DNA from: Amphiscolops sp. MND2022
Lineage: Eukaryota
Length of the DNA: 60,000 nt
Direction of reading: 5' to 3'
NCBI GenBank assembly: GCA_964187785.1
Contig: OZ076409.1
Coordinates: 19,036,001-19,096,000 of the forward strand
Below are positions 1 to 14,100 of this stretch, one piece after another; position 1 is the stretch's first letter, and each line of letters starts with the position of its first letter. The notes beneath the pieces were generated by a model. The model worked only from the letters and a program-made list of their open reading frames with translations. It had not been told where the DNA came from and did no database searches. The translations under genes and the position numbers were made by a program.

Positions 1-728
1 AAACCCTAAAACGATGTTAAGTTCAGAATTTAAATGTGTGTTGTTAGAGGTTGTAAAAACAGATTTCATTGACATTGTACCTGCTTGTATGTTGAGTTCA
101 AAATCAGAATCGGAAAGTATTTGCTTGATGGTAATAGTAATATCAACTAATTCAAAAACTTCTGGTGTTAACTCCATATCAAAGAAATCGTTTTCAATTC
201 TAAATTCTGGAATATTTAGAGTTGGTGGCATATCTCGCCCTGACTTGGTGGGGAGGGAAGAAGTTTTCGACTGTTGTATTGGCGGTTCGTTATGTTGTTT
301 AAAAGTTTCAATTGTTTTAACTAGTTGGGTAAACATTTTTCTAGTACGTTTTTTTCTTTTTAGAATAACTATCGACTAAAAATGCATTAGCTTCTTCTAC
401 AAATTGACTGTAGTTATTACAATTTTTAGACAAATTTGCAAGATTCGATACTAATTCGGTGTCAACTTCAAGTTCTTTAAGTTGATGAATATTCAAGAGA
501 ATTTCTAGTTTGTTTTTCTTTTCAGTAATATTATAAACTGTATTTATCCATTGTTCTGACAGCTCCAAGGGAACATCGAAAGAAAAGATTCTTTTCGTTT
601 AGTTATTTTAAATTCTAGAGCTTCCTGAGGTTTTGAATGTGTATTTCCAACAACATTTTGATTAGACTTTGCAATACTCAATAAGAGAGATTCTTTTTAT
701 CATTAGTTACAAAATTTGATAGATCCAT
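1..728 (-). pseudogene. Frameshifted Polinton/Maverick gene, probably minor capsid (penton-like) protein; runs off the left window edge
   Basis: Joined frames read MDLSNF..LLLSIAKSNQ..THSKPQEALEFK..SFDVPLELSEQW..VYNITEKKNKLE (728-341), then an open frame 336-1 (..ELTPEVFELVDI..TMSMKS..LNIVLGF). Resembles Maverick minor-capsid proteins as I recall them; lies next to an adenain protease. Confidence 0.5.
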
Positions 729-911
729 TTAGTAAGAAAAAAATGTTTAAATCCACTAGCGGATATGTTATTTATAAATTCTTGGTTTTGTTTTTATAAT
801 TGTTTTTTCGGAATACCATTCGGATTCTTTTTATTGTTTCCAATCTCACTCGGATGATATTGTACCGGAGGGCGGCTTCGTTGTATAATTTTAAATTGAG
901 CTGAGTAATTC

Positions 912-1320
912 TTAATTTTCTTCATTCAATATTTCTAAATTTTGATAATATAAATTCAATACTGCATTTTCAAAACCTATTAAATTGGTGAGATATAACA
1001 AATACAAACAATACGCTGCACAATAACTATCCTTTTTCTGAATTTGAAATTCTGAATAAATACCATTATCAATGTGATTGAGTAGGTTAGATGGAGTTGG
1101 GCATCCATTTGAATCAAAATAAAACTTATCAGAAAACTTAACCCAATGTATTCCTTTTGTTGGATGTAAGTTAACTATTCGTGCCGTCATGGCAAAATTA
1201 TCATCTCTCATGTGTATCCCACACGGGATATTTATTTCATTAAGTATTTGTTTTATTTTTACTTTAGAAGTTGCATCAATGTTTAATTCATGTTTTCAAC
1301 AATATGATTAAATGATAAAA
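912..1320 (-). pseudogene. Adenain-like (adenovirus-type) cysteine protease of a Polinton/Maverick element, 5' end frameshifted
   Basis: ORF 912-1211 has GIHW, YFDS-G-P, QIQ and YCAAYCLY, the His/Asp/Gln/Cys order of Polinton PRO; the frame extends upstream to about 1295 before a frameshift. Confidence 0.8.
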
Positions 1321-1925
1321 ACACTGGCTTCGCATACCGAAAGCGCTTCGCGTGTTTCATTTAGGAAAAAACTTTGTTGAAATTTTTTTCTCAGCTTTGC
1401 TTCAAGAAAAAAAATTGTTGGAAGTTTTTCTATGCTTTGTTTTAAGAAAAAATTTTTGTTGAATTTTTTTCTAAGCTTTGTTAAAAAAAATTTTGTTGAC
1501 TTTTTCTTCTAAGCTTGGCTTACCGAAGGCGCTTCGCGTGTATTAGTTATTTTTCATCGATTTCAATTTTTTATTTTTGTTATATTGGAAAAAAAATTTT
1601 CGCACCTGTTTTGGCACCTGGTAATTAGGGGGTTATTTTTAGAGAAAACGTTCAGAAATAAAATACAGCAACGCTGGCTTCGCATGTGTGTATCTTTTAA
1701 TTATCTACAACTTTTGTTTCTGTGGACTTTCTCTAAAATCCTCTCCCGTTGAGATTTTGAGCAAATTTTAATTTCCCATGTATTAATAACTTACAAGAAC
1801 TAGAACAACTTCATTCTCAACAGCTGCAAAAAGAGCCAAAAAATTGTCAGTGAGAAAAATTTTGCCAAAATTTCTGCCAGCAATTTTATTTTTGCCAAAA
1901 ATTTTGCCAGGTTGGCACAAATTCT

Positions 1926-2140
1926 CATTACAGTGCATAGGCAAGCCATTTTGCTGCTTGTCGTGGAATCCGCGACGCGAAAATTCTCATGCTTGTCCGT
2001 GGAATGCTTGTCCGTGGAATCCGGGACTTAAGACGTAATTTGCCAATTTTGCACGGTTAAGGGTATGGTCGTGGAATCCGAGGTATTGAAAGCACAAAAA
2101 TGTGCTTTGAACAAATTTAGCTTGCCTATGCACACTAATG
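1926..2140. mobile_element. MITE with 21-bp TIRs and 2-bp TSD (CMC/CACTA-like); duplicated at 5340-5554
   Basis: CATTACAGTGCATAGGCAAGC...GCTTGCCTATGCACACTAATG flanked by CT/CT; internal GTGGAATCC motifs. Confidence 0.75.
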
Positions 2141-3684
2141 CTGGCATAATTACTTTGATGTTTCTTTCATACAGCAAAGCTGGCTTCGCATGTTTTTCCG
2201 AGTGTGAAATGTCAATCACACTTCACTGCACATTGCAAATGAATTGAATTGAATTGCACATGTTACACTTTTCATTTCTCCAACACAATTTTTCTAAATT
2301 ACCATACAGCAGAGCTGGTTTTGCATACATGGACGTTAGTGAATTTTTCCTTGCGACACACATTTTCACAGAAGGCGCTTTGCGTATTGAAACTTTTTGT
2401 TCATTGATTTTTATGTTGTGAAAAACGGTACTTTCAATGATTTATTTGCAAAAAATACCTATTTTTGATGATCTGACTGACTGATTAATTTTTTTTGTGA
2501 TAATATTGGTAATATTTTTATCAGGGAATTTTTATTGTAAAAAACGGTACTTTTGATGATTTATTCGAAAATATGCCTAATTTGTTGACTGTTTATTTTT
2601 TAGTTGTGAAAAACGCTAATTTTAGATGATTTACCCATAAAACTCAACTGATGTAAAATGAGTATCATGCGTTATGTATTGGTCGAGACTTTTGGACTTT
2701 TTTGGTTGACCTGAACGACCCCAGAATGACCCAAAAAAGACCCCAAAAATAGTAAAAACTGCAAAATTTACCATTTTCGTGCAATTTTTGTCAAATTATT
2801 GAAAAATTTCCTGGCTTTGAATGTTGAAAACAATCCAAAGAGAAAAAATTGATATCCAAGAGGCTTTTTCAAAGAAACAAATGCAATTTTTCATTGAAAA
2901 AATGCCTCAAATTGAGACCCAAAATGACAAAAACTCTAGAATTCATAATTTTGAAAATTTTATGCAGTTTTTGTCTATTTTTCGAAAAACTTGGTGGCTT
3001 AGAATGTCAAAGACGGTAAACAAGGAAAATGTTCGTTGTCTGGGAGGCTTCCTTGAAGAAATAAAAGCAATTTGTGTTGAAAAAACGCATCAAATTTGGA
3101 CCGAAGTTGACAAAATATTTGAAAATTCAGATTTTTGAAACTTCTTTGCATTTTTTTGTACGTTTCGAAAGCCTTGGTGGCTCAGAATTTCAAAGACGTT
3201 CAACGAGGAACAAATTGGTCGTCAGGAAGGCTTTTTTAGGAAATAAACGAGTTTATTTATTGAAAAAAAAACGCACAATATGCGACCAAAAATGACTTCA
3301 AAATGTACCGATTTTTCATGTTTTCATGAAACTTTTGTCAAATTTCTAAAGATTTCATGGATCAGAACGTTAAATACCTTCTACCACGAATGATTTCATT
3401 GTCCAATAGTGTTGTTTGCGGAGATAAATACAGTTGTGTAAAAATAACAGAATTGCCACATGGACACCAAGATAGTCAGAAAAACTTACTTTTTATTTTT
3501 GTATTTTACAACGCAATTTTTGTAAAAGTTTCAACCTTTTCATGGATTAAAACTCTGAAACGGTTGAATAACAACTGAAGGCGTTGTCTGGTGGGCTTTT
3601 TGATGGTATAGTGCCAGTTTTTGGTAACATTTGAATCAGATTGAATCAACAAATATATACTGTAAAACGTTTATAGGTGTATTG

Positions 3685-4142
3685 CTGTTGTATTGGCGGT
3701 TCGTTATGTTGTTTAAAAGTTTCAATTGTTTTAACTAGTTGGGTAAACATTTTTCTAGTACGTTTTTTTCTTTTTAGAATAACTATCGACTAAAAATGCA
3801 TTAGCTTTTTCTACAAATTGACTGTAGTTATTACAATTTTTAGACAAATTTGCAAGATTCGATACTAATTCGGTGTCAACTTCAAGTTCTTTAAGTTGAT
3901 GAATATTCAAGAGAATTTCTAGTTTGTTTTTCTTTTCAGTAATATTATAAACTGTATTTATCCATTGTTCTGACAGCTCCAAGGGAACATCGAAAGAAAA
4001 GATTCTTTTCGTTTAGTTATTTTAAATTCTAGAGCTTCCTGAGGTTTTGAATGTGTATTTCCAACAACATTTTGATTAGACTTTGCAATACTCAATAAGA
4101 GAGATTCTTTTTATCATTAGTTACAAAATTTGATAGATCCAT
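3685..4142 (-). pseudogene. Second, truncated copy of the putative minor-capsid pseudogene
   Basis: Duplicate of 271-728. Confidence 0.5.
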
Positions 4143-4325
4143 TTAGTAAGAAAAAAATGTTTAAATCCATTAGCGGATATGTTATTTATAAATTCTTGGT
4201 TTTGTTTTTATAATTGTTTTTTCGGAATACCATTCGGATTCTTTTTATTGTTTCCAATCTCACTCGGATGATATTGTACCGGAGGGCGGCTTCGTTGTAT
4301 AATTTTAAATTGAGCTGAGTAATTC

Positions 4326-4734
4326 TTAATTTTCTTCATTCAATATTTCTAAATTTTGATGATATAAATTCAATACTGCATTTTCAAAACCTATTAAATT
4401 GGTGAGATATAACAAATACAAACAATACGCTGCACAATAACTATCCTTTTTCTGAATTTGAAATTCTGAATAAATACCATCATCAATGTGATTGAGTAGG
4501 TTAGATGGAGTTGGGCATCCATTTGAATCAAAATAAAACTTATCAGAAAACTTAACCCAATGTATTCCTTTTGTTGGATGTAAGTTAACTATTCGTGCCG
4601 TCATGGCAAAATTATCATCTCTCATGTGTATCCCACACGGGATATTTATTTCATTAAGTATTTGTTTTATTTTTACTTTAGAAGTTGCTTCAATGTTTAA
4701 TTCATGTTTTCAACAATATGATTAAATGATAAAA
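4326..4734 (-). pseudogene. Second copy of the adenain-like protease pseudogene
   Basis: ORF 4326-4625 differs from 912-1211 at two residues. Confidence 0.8.
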
Positions 4735-7700
4735 ACACTGGCTTCGCATACCGAAAGCGCTTCGCGTGTTTCATTTAGGAAAAAACTTTGTTGAAATTTT
4801 TTTCTCAGCTTTGCTTCAAGAAAAAAAATTGTTGAAAGTTTTTCTATGCTTTGTTTTAAGAAAAAATTTTTGTTGAATTTTTTTCTAAGCTTTGTTTAAA
4901 AAAATTTTGTTGACTTTTTCTTCTAAGCTTGGCTTACCGAAGGCGCTTCGCGTGTATTAGTTATTTTTCATCGATTTCAATTTTTTATTTTTGTTATATT
5001 GGAAAAAAAATTTTCGCACCTGTTTTGGCACCTGGTAATTAGGGGGTTATTTTTAGAGAAAACGTTCAGAAATAAAATACAGCAACGCTGGCTTCGCATG
5101 TGTGTATCTTTTAATTATCTACAACTTTTGTTTCTGTGGACTTTCTCTAAAATCCTCTCCCGTTGAGATTTTGAGCAAATTTTAATTTCCCATGTATTAA
5201 TAACTTACAAGAACTAGAACAACTTCATTCTCAACAGCTGCAAAAAGAGCCAAAAAATTGTCAGTGAGAAAAATTTTGCCAAAATTTCTGCCAGTAATTT
5301 TATTTTTGCCAAAAATTTTGCCAGGTTGGCACAAATTCTCATTACAGTGCATAGGCAAGCCATTTTGCTGCTTGTCGTGGAATCCGCGACGCGAAAATTC
5401 TCATGCTTGTCCGTGGAATGCTTGTCCGTGGAATCCGGGACTTAAGACGTAATTTGCCAATTTTGCACGGTTAAGGGTATGGTCGTGGAATCCGAGGTAT
5501 TGAAAGCACAAAAATGTGCTTTGAACAAATTTAGCTTGCCTATGCACTCTAATGCTGGCATAATTACTTTGATGTTTCTTTCATACAGCAAAGCTGGCTT
5601 CGCATGTTTTTCCGAGTGTGAAATGTCAATCACACTTCACTGCACATTGCAAATGAATTGAATTGAATTGCACATGTTACACTTTTCATTTCTCCAACAC
5701 AATTTTTCTAAATTACCATACAGCAGAGCTGGTTTTGCATACATGGACGTTAGTGAATTTTTCCTTGCGACAAACATTTTCACAGAAGGCGCTTTGCGTA
5801 TTGAAACATTTTGTTCATTGATTTTTATGTTGTGAAAAACGGTACTTTCAATGATTTATTTGAAAAAATACCTATTTTTGATGATCTGACTGACTGAATA
5901 ATTTTTTTTGTGATAATATTGGTAATATTTTTATCAGGGAATTTTTATTGTAAAAAACGGTACTTTTGATGATTTATTCGAAAATATGCCTAATTTGTTG
6001 ACTGTTTATTTTTTAGTTGTGAAAAACGCTAATTTTAGATGATTTACCCATAAAACTCAACTGATGTAAAATGAGTATCATGCGTTATGTATTGGTCGAG
6101 ACTTTTGGACTTTTTTGGTTGACCTGAACGACCCCAGAATGACCCAAAAAAGACCCCAAAAATAGTAAAAACTGCAAAATTTACCATTTTCGTGCAATTT
6201 TTGTCAAATTATTGATAAATTTCCTGGCTTTGAATGTTGAAAACAATCCAAAGAGAAAAAATTGATATCCAAGAGGCTTTTTCAAAGAAACAAATGCAAT
6301 TTTTCATTGAAAAAATGCCTCAAATTGAGACCCAAAATGACAAAAACTCTAGAATTCATAATTTTGAAAATTTTATGCAGTTTTTGTCTATTTTTCGAAA
6401 AACTTGGTGGCTTAGAATGTCAAAGACGGTAAACAAGGAAAATGTTCGTTGTCTGGGAGGCTTCCTTGAAGAAATAAAAGCAATTTGTGTTGAAAAAACG
6501 CATCAAATTTGGACCGAAGTTGACAAAATATTTGAAAATTCAGATTTTTGAAACTTCTATGCATTTTTTTGTACGTTTCGAAAGCCTTGGTGGCTCAGAA
6601 TTTCAAAGACGTTCAACGAGGAACAAATTGGTCGTCAGGAAGGCTTTTTTAGGAAATAAACGAGTTTATTTATTGAAAAAAAACGCACAATATGCGACCA
6701 AAAATGACTTCAAAATGTACCGATTTTTCATGTTTTCATGAAACTTTTGTCAAATTTCTAAAGATTTCATGGATCAGAACGTTAAATACCTTCTACCACG
6801 AATGATTTCATTGTCCAATAGTGTTGTTTGCGGAGATAAATACAGTTGTGTAAAATTAACAGAATTGCCACATGGACACCAAGATAGTCAGAAAAACTTA
6901 CTTTTTATTTTTGTATTTTACAACGCAATTTTTGTAAAAGTTTCAACCTTTTCATGGATTAAAACTCTGAAACGTTTGAATAACAACTGAAGGCGTTGTC
7001 TGGTGGGCTTTTTGATGGTATAGTGCCAGTTTTTGGTAACATTTGAATCAGATTGAATCAACAAATATATACTGTAAAACGTTTATAGATGTATTGCCGT
7101 TCTAGCTCTCTTGGCATCCAATGGTCATGAATTGTTAGATTGTTTCGGTCCTAATTCCGGCCAGCAACAAGACAATGTACTACCCTAAAAATTGTTAAAG
7201 GAAACTGCCGAATGGACCAAATTTTTATTAAAATCAGTGAGTTGAGATTCCACGATGTTTCTTTCTATGCCACGTCGACCAGTTGGAACGTCACGTCTTT
7301 GGCAACAGTCGTCAGGATGTTTTTAGCGCAAGGATTTTCCCAAGAAAATGATTATTCTTGAGGAAACGCCGCATTTTTCTTTCGTGCTTGCGACTCGGAA
7401 AGTGCGTGATATTAAAATGAAATTGCAGGCTTGCCAGCTTATGGCCACTTGACGTACAAGATTCACCACTCATTAGCCCAATCAACTACTCAAACATTCT
7501 TGTCGACAGATAGGGCGGATTCGCCGTCTGGGCAATCGATCTTTATTACGAACGGAGTGTGATAGCTTCTCTAAGCAAGTGTCAATCAGGGATTTACGAG
7601 TTCACAGCTGACAACTCAGCTGTTGCATATACCAGTGGCTTGTAAACTGAATCTCTCCTTGACAAAAACAAGGGACACGAAGCCCTGCGCTCTTCAGAGT

Positions 7701-8196
7701 GGCCCTTTGAATCCAAAGTTGGACTTCATAAATAGAAACTCGTCATTAGTGATCGAAATACCTTAGCTCCGAAGTGAACCTTATTCTGGAAGTCGAAGTT
7801 GTAATTCAATAAAACCTGCTGCGGTGATGCAAGTGTTAGCAAACATACTGTGGGATTTGAAAGAGCATTTTCGCTGCTCTGGCCAGGAGAAATACCGAAT
7901 ACACAAAATTTTCTATTGCTAAGGTAAAATTGCTGGCTTTGATCGAAGATGAGTCTTTTATGGACGAAAGCAAACTATTTCCGAACAAAAACCCGATTTC
8001 ATCTAAAAGTGCATTTCTGTTTTTCGTTTTAGCACAAACAGTGTCGTGTGACCTCAAAGTAATTGCGTTCCATTGAGCAGCTGCTACAAAAACTTCTTTC
8101 TTGATTACTTTTGTCTTTTTATGGTATATTTGAAGCCATATTATATTTCTAAAATATAGAAGTATTAGTGAATTGCTTGTTTATTAAGTGGTCCCT

Positions 8197-11100
8197 TTAT
8201 AAGTGGGGTTCCGAAGGACTGTGTCTTCTGTCGCAGATGTCACACATGGGGGGTATTTCTTCGTTCGGAGTTGCATAAGATAGGCCAGAAGACGGTCTGC
8301 TCATCGTTCCCTGTGTTTTCATTTCGTCACCCAAATTATCTTCCAGCTCATCATCTTTATCATTTTCTTCATTGTCCTTTTTATCATCTTCTTGATCTTT
8401 CTCTTTGTTCTCCTTTTGATCATCTTCTTGGCCCTCCTTTCTATCACCTTCTTTATCATTTACTTCATCATCTTTATCAGTTTCTCTTTCTTCTGAGAAC
8501 CCGAGTTGAAAATTTCGGAACTATTAACCTTTCGGAACTATTAATAAATTTTCACCCACACAAGCAAAAAATGATGTGAAAAAAATGTATAAGTAGCGGA
8601 AGTTAGTTGCTGGCATATGCGTGAAGTCATCAAAATAAAGGAAAATAGAAGCATTTTAGGAATTGTTGAAATGTAAGTTTAGTAAAATTCTTTTGGCGAA
8701 AACTTGTTTTTTTTCGATGTGGGGGGGGGGGTGTTCGTTGTTAAGGGAAATGAGCCAAAATAAACGTATTGGGAGACCAAAAAAAAGAATTTTTGCGAAT
8801 AAATCAAAACGCTAATATCTGCTTCAATAATACTGAATCATCGTTTCTCGTCCATTTTGGGGACAACATCTAAACGCCTTAAGCTGATTTTCAACCTGAG
8901 TGCTTGTTTTCTTCAAGAGCCTTCGCGCTGTATATCTGCAAGGGAGTTGATGGCCTTCGTTTACCTTGCTGGGCCTCTTCGGTTTTTTCCTTTTCATCCT
9001 CGGCTTCTTGCTCCTGTTTGGGTTCCTCTTTCGGCGGCTCTTCGGTTTCTTCCTGAACTTCCTCTTTTTTCTCCGTTTCTACAGCATCTTTGTTTGCTTC
9101 GGGTTCCACGTCTTTCGTGTCTGGTTTTTCTTCTTGTGGTGTTACGTTGGTTCCAGTGGATTCGTCTTCCCCTCCAAAACCCGATCCCTCTAATTCGATA
9201 TCGTGTCTGTGCAGGTTTTTGGATATCTCCGCATTTGCTGCTTTCTCAAACTCCTGAATTTCCTGCAACCACCAACAAATAAACCAGATTTGTAATTTGT
9301 TGTTATTATTTTCCGCCCACATATAATGGGGGCGGAAAATCATGATCTTTTCATTTTCCGCCCACATATAATGTGGGAGGAAAATCATGATCTGTGTTGT
9401 GTTTTTTTTCCAAATTCTGCCAAATCGCCTCTGAGGTCCTCCTTCGACTATTTTATATAGTTACTTGACGATTTTAGTTACTAGTAACTAAAATAGTCAA
9501 GTAACTAAAACAGCCTAGTGGGGGGGAATAATATCTAAAGTGAAAATGGGAATAAGATCGAAAGGGAATACGTTCTAAAATCACTAAATTTTAGATCTTA
9601 TACTTCAAATACTATTCCCTCCCAAAATAGCTATGGCTCAGTTGGTGAAGGCGAAGGAGGCGGAAAATATCCCGGTGCTTAGCGGGCGTCTTGTTGGAAA
9701 ACGGTTGTTGTTGAAAAAGCTCAAAATTTTTATAATAGGCTGACTCAGCTTTTCACCAAAAGCTCCCGACTCCTGTAATGCCATGCCATTATGAAAAACA
9801 TTAGGAGAAACTGAGCAAAAAATCACAAAAAATATATTTGCGAAAAATTAATCCCTTTCAGTCCGAAAAGTACTTCGAAGTCTCAAAATTTGGTTAATTG
9901 GCTTGAATCAGGGTAGCTTCAGTTTGTTCAAGAAAATATGAAGTAAAGTATCCGAAACGTCTGCTATGATGAAGCATGTGCGCTTCAATTGTTTGCTTTT
10001 TATAGAGTTTCTCACTTTCAAACTCATCGGGTACCACTCATCCATTAGACAGAACATCATTTTGTGGATCTTTTTGATAGTGAAGTCCTGTTGTTTAACG
10101 AACTTTCCTTCCAGGGTTCCACCGAATGCTAAGTCGAACCTAAAATAAAATTTTTTCATTGCAAAAAGGAAGATTTTTTTACTTTGAGAAAAAAAACCGT
10201 TTTGTCAGCAACTACGTTAACCGTTGTCGGTAGTCAAATTATACGCATTATCTTATCTGATTGGATGATGAGATCATTGCTACAAACTTGAAAAAAATCT
10301 CTCCTCTTAACTGCTTGATAATCAAATACTGGTAAATGAAAAAAACGGAACGTGCAAAACTCGTCAAAATTGTTGTCTTTGTTTGCGAAACACTGCCAAT
10401 CTTTCACTTTTCTGAAAAACTGGAGATATTATTACGATATCAATTTTCAACACAGTGTGGTTGAAACCTGAAATCGTCTAGACGTCTTTACCAGTAACTT
10501 TTGATGTCCGAAAGTCATTTCGCTCCGAAGAAAAGTTGTCAATTTGAGTGATTGGCAATTGTCTTAAGCTGAATTGCAGTGTTCGAAGTTGTTTTGAGAA
10601 GTTTGTTGACAAAATTTTTGACAGCTAGAAAGTTTACGCTTTCCGCCTTTTTGATTCACCTAGTATGATCAATAAATGTGTTGATTTAACACTGTCACTT
10701 TGCTCATTTATCGAACGTTCCGTTTTTTTGCTTTGACTGTTTCCCGTCATTTCGCATTCAACTTTGATGTTTATTGAAGATTTTGAAATTTTAGCTTCAA
10801 AAATAAAGTTTTATCTTGTTTGATTCACATACTGAAATTTACGAAATGGAGATTTACGTCGAAATTCCAAACTTTAATTATATCAAAGCACCCTTGAAAA
10901 ACAGTTGACTATAGTTACTGAATACTAACCTGATTCTGCTCAGTTTATAAGCACACATAACTGGACCTTCGAAATCGTCGAACCAGAACTTTTTCTTATC
11001 ACTCATAGGCAGAGGACCAATTCCCGCTTTCTCTGATCTGTACTTGGTAGGATCAACCATCCTCATCTTTTTGTTCTTCTCAGTTATGTCTATGTGTTTG

Positions 11101-14100
11101 ATCGTCACCCCCTTGAGCGACAGTTTCTTCTTCAGAAGTTTACTGTCGATAATATACTTTGGCTGGTCGTTCTCTAATTTGTCGCCGTCAATGTGCATCG
11201 ATTCAAAGTTCATCTCAACTTTGTTCGGTTTTTCCATGTTGTTGGAAATGGTGTAAATGAAAGGATAACAGTTCCAAGCGTCTTCTGTGAACTTCAGTGA
11301 GTTCTTGCCAAAAAATCTGTACGCCAGTTTTCTCACGAAGTTCGAGACGAAGCGGTCACAGTGGAACACTTTGTGGGTGTACTGGCACCTGGGGGGTTTG
11401 GTTCCATCTGGCAGTGTGAACTCGCTGTCAGGCCTGGATTCCTTCACCTCGATTCCACTTCCCTTTCCAGTTTCCTTCAAGCAGATCATTTCTAATTTTG
11501 TATTGTGGATGAATTTGTATAATATTCGAAGAACTCTTAACGAATTTTGGGAAAACAGCACAAAATTTTGGCATTGTTTTCGAACCAAGGTTTTTATCAA
11601 AGTTTCTGCAAGTATGCAACATATTGCAACTCAGAAAAAATTGTTAATTCGGCTTAATATGTTATTAGATTCTGAAATCTGATCAAAAAACTAAATCGAG
11701 AAGCCAACATTATTGCCGGCTTCGATCGAATGCCATGCCGTAGATTACTAAAAGGTGAGATCTTTTGAACTCCATTTTGGGTATTTTTCAGCGCTGTGCA
11801 ATTTTTTACCATTATTTCTATTCAACTGAAGTGTACTTTTTGGTATGTCTCATATCTCATTTCTGGAAAGCCATTTTTGTTTCCAGACGTGAGGAATAAG
11901 AAACAAACCAAAGAGTACACTTCGTAGTTGAATAGAAAATATGGTAAAAATTGCACAGTGCTAGAAAAATACCCAAAATGGGGGCCCAAATGGTTTTGTA
12001 GATGAATAAATTTGTGGCATGCTCAAATGGGGATTCTTTGTCCTCTTTGCAATCCCTTTAGATTTAAATGTCACTCAAGAGTGGGTCATAAATGGTGCTG
12101 AAAATATAGCGGCTAATTTTGCAACAAAAAGTGATTTCTGAAAAATACTGTCCTAAAACGAGAGACTAATGAAAATTATTCTGAACTTCATGAGAGATCA
12201 CATGACAGAATCCACGACGAGACAATGACCTCCAACAAGCGAACATGACTTTATCAGCTAAATACAAAGAAATCAAGACTCGGCAGTAAAAGAAACGTCT
12301 TAAGAGTTGCCGCTGTTGCGGATTGGGATGCATTGCCAGACGCTGTTGTACACAGTTACCCTGTAAAATGCCTTTAAAACAAGATTCGATTAATATTGGG
12401 AAGATGAAATGTTCAACACCGATTTCCTCATGAGAATTTTACTCACGTGAAGAAACTAATGCCCGGAGGCAGTGGCCTACACATCAGAAAAGAACCTGTG
12501 AGAATATAAATGACTCAACCTGTTTCAGGTGAGTCATTTTTCAGTCGCGTTTTTACAAAATCAAAAGCAGATTGAAGTTGAAACTTTTTAAAAGACCGAA
12601 ATACTGACTAGAAATTCTATTCGCGAAAACTAGGTAGCTCATTCTAAGAACAAAGTATTCATTTTTAGTAACCCTATTTTCCAAAAAAAGTGACAGAAAT
12701 GCATTTGTCAAAATGGAGAATATATTGAGTGCACCGTCAATAACAAGTGGACTTCCAGATGGCTCTGTCCACCCGTGTGAATTCTCCTGGATTTCTTGAC
12801 GCGCTTCTGGTCTTTTCGTGGAGTTCTTGGTCTTTAGTAAAGAGTTTCAAGAGAAAAGCTAACAAATCTAAATGATAATGAGCGAAAGTTACCAACTGCT
12901 GCTTGATCAGCATACCTATTCAGCTCAGTAACCTCAATAATTGAACAAGCCGGGAACGGCCCAAGTCGGCGCCATATATAAGGCTCAAAAATACCAAAAG
13001 GACTTCAAAATGTCAAACTATTGGTGAATTGGGGACCCATTCATTTAAAAAATTGATAAAAGTCTCACAATGCAGAAAAATCTGAAAGGGGAGAACCTTT
13101 GGGATTTTTCAACATCCATTCTGTCGGAAAATATCAAAAAATTGAAGGGGGATCCTTCGGTGAAAAAACAATTTTCGAAAAAGAAGTCTCACAGAGCCGA
13201 AATACTCCAAGGGAGTTCCCTTTGGCCCCGTTGAGCTTCTCAGATGATGTAAAAATACTACTTCGTAAGCTAAGTAATAATTGTAAGAAATTGAGAAATT
13301 GTAAGTTTGTAAGAATTGTAAAAAAAGTGGACCATTCAGAGTGAGATTTCCAGCTGAAAAAAAACTACCCACTGTAATAGTCGGGCTTTTTTCCTTTAGG
13401 GAAAAGGCGCCGACTAAAAACACCTTACGTCATGAAACAGTTGCAAAAACTGTTGCGCAATTCAAGCAGGATTCCAGCCTAACCGAATGGTTGGCGGTAA
13501 CCATCAAGTTGCGAATTCAATTTTCAACCGAAACAAGGCATTTTGCAATTATAGTGGTTCCCTTAGGGTTTTTCGGCACTATGTGACTTACAGAAAAATG
13601 TTTTTTGTGAAAAATGAAATTGTTCAGAATCAAAACTATTTTTCACAATTTTTTTGAGGTGTTTCCTGTCAATGGAAATTAACTATAAGTTTTAAAAGTT
13701 GTTTTTCCAGGCCTGTGGGATCGGAGGTTTCTCAAACATTTTGGAAAAACTATTTTTGGGGGATTTTCCGACTTTTTCTTTGATATCTTTTTTTGATCAA
13801 AGGATACATCCTTGACTTTTCAAACAGTTTTCAGCTTTGAAAAAGCTTATGCGAACTCTATTTTTGTTCCGCGTTGGTGAAAAGTAGTTTTCCAAACTTA
13901 TGGGTATCCCCAGCTTGGTAACTCGAAAAAGTTTACAATGGTCACTTTTTGCACATCCGGAACAGTCTACTCTGTTCAAAACTGGAGCAGTGCGTCGACA
14001 TAGGCACGATTCCTGCCTGTTAGCGTCTACAAAACTCCATGAACTCAGGTTTTGAACGGCTTTCGATAATTTTTTATCCAAGATCAAAAGTGCATCTAGC

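Larger units (their letters stand above)
271..7098. repeat. Tandem duplication of a ~3414-bp unit (271-3684, 3685-~7098)
   Basis: Sequence and ORFs recur at offset 3413-3414 with only scattered substitutions; junction at 3684/3685. Confidence 0.97.

Noticed and set aside
2821..3578. Short ORFs in AT-rich repeat (also 6234-6990)
   Set aside because: Low-complexity K/F/N-rich translations with no recognisable domain.
8880..8964. HMG-box-like KRRPSTPLQIY at the end of ORF 8891-9388
   Set aside because: It lies after a good splice donor (8964) in phase with the next exon, and the rest of an HMG box is absent.
12890..12913. Minus-strand MLIKQQ as PITP first exon
   Set aside because: No compatible following exon; 18390-18298 supplies the full PITP N-terminus.
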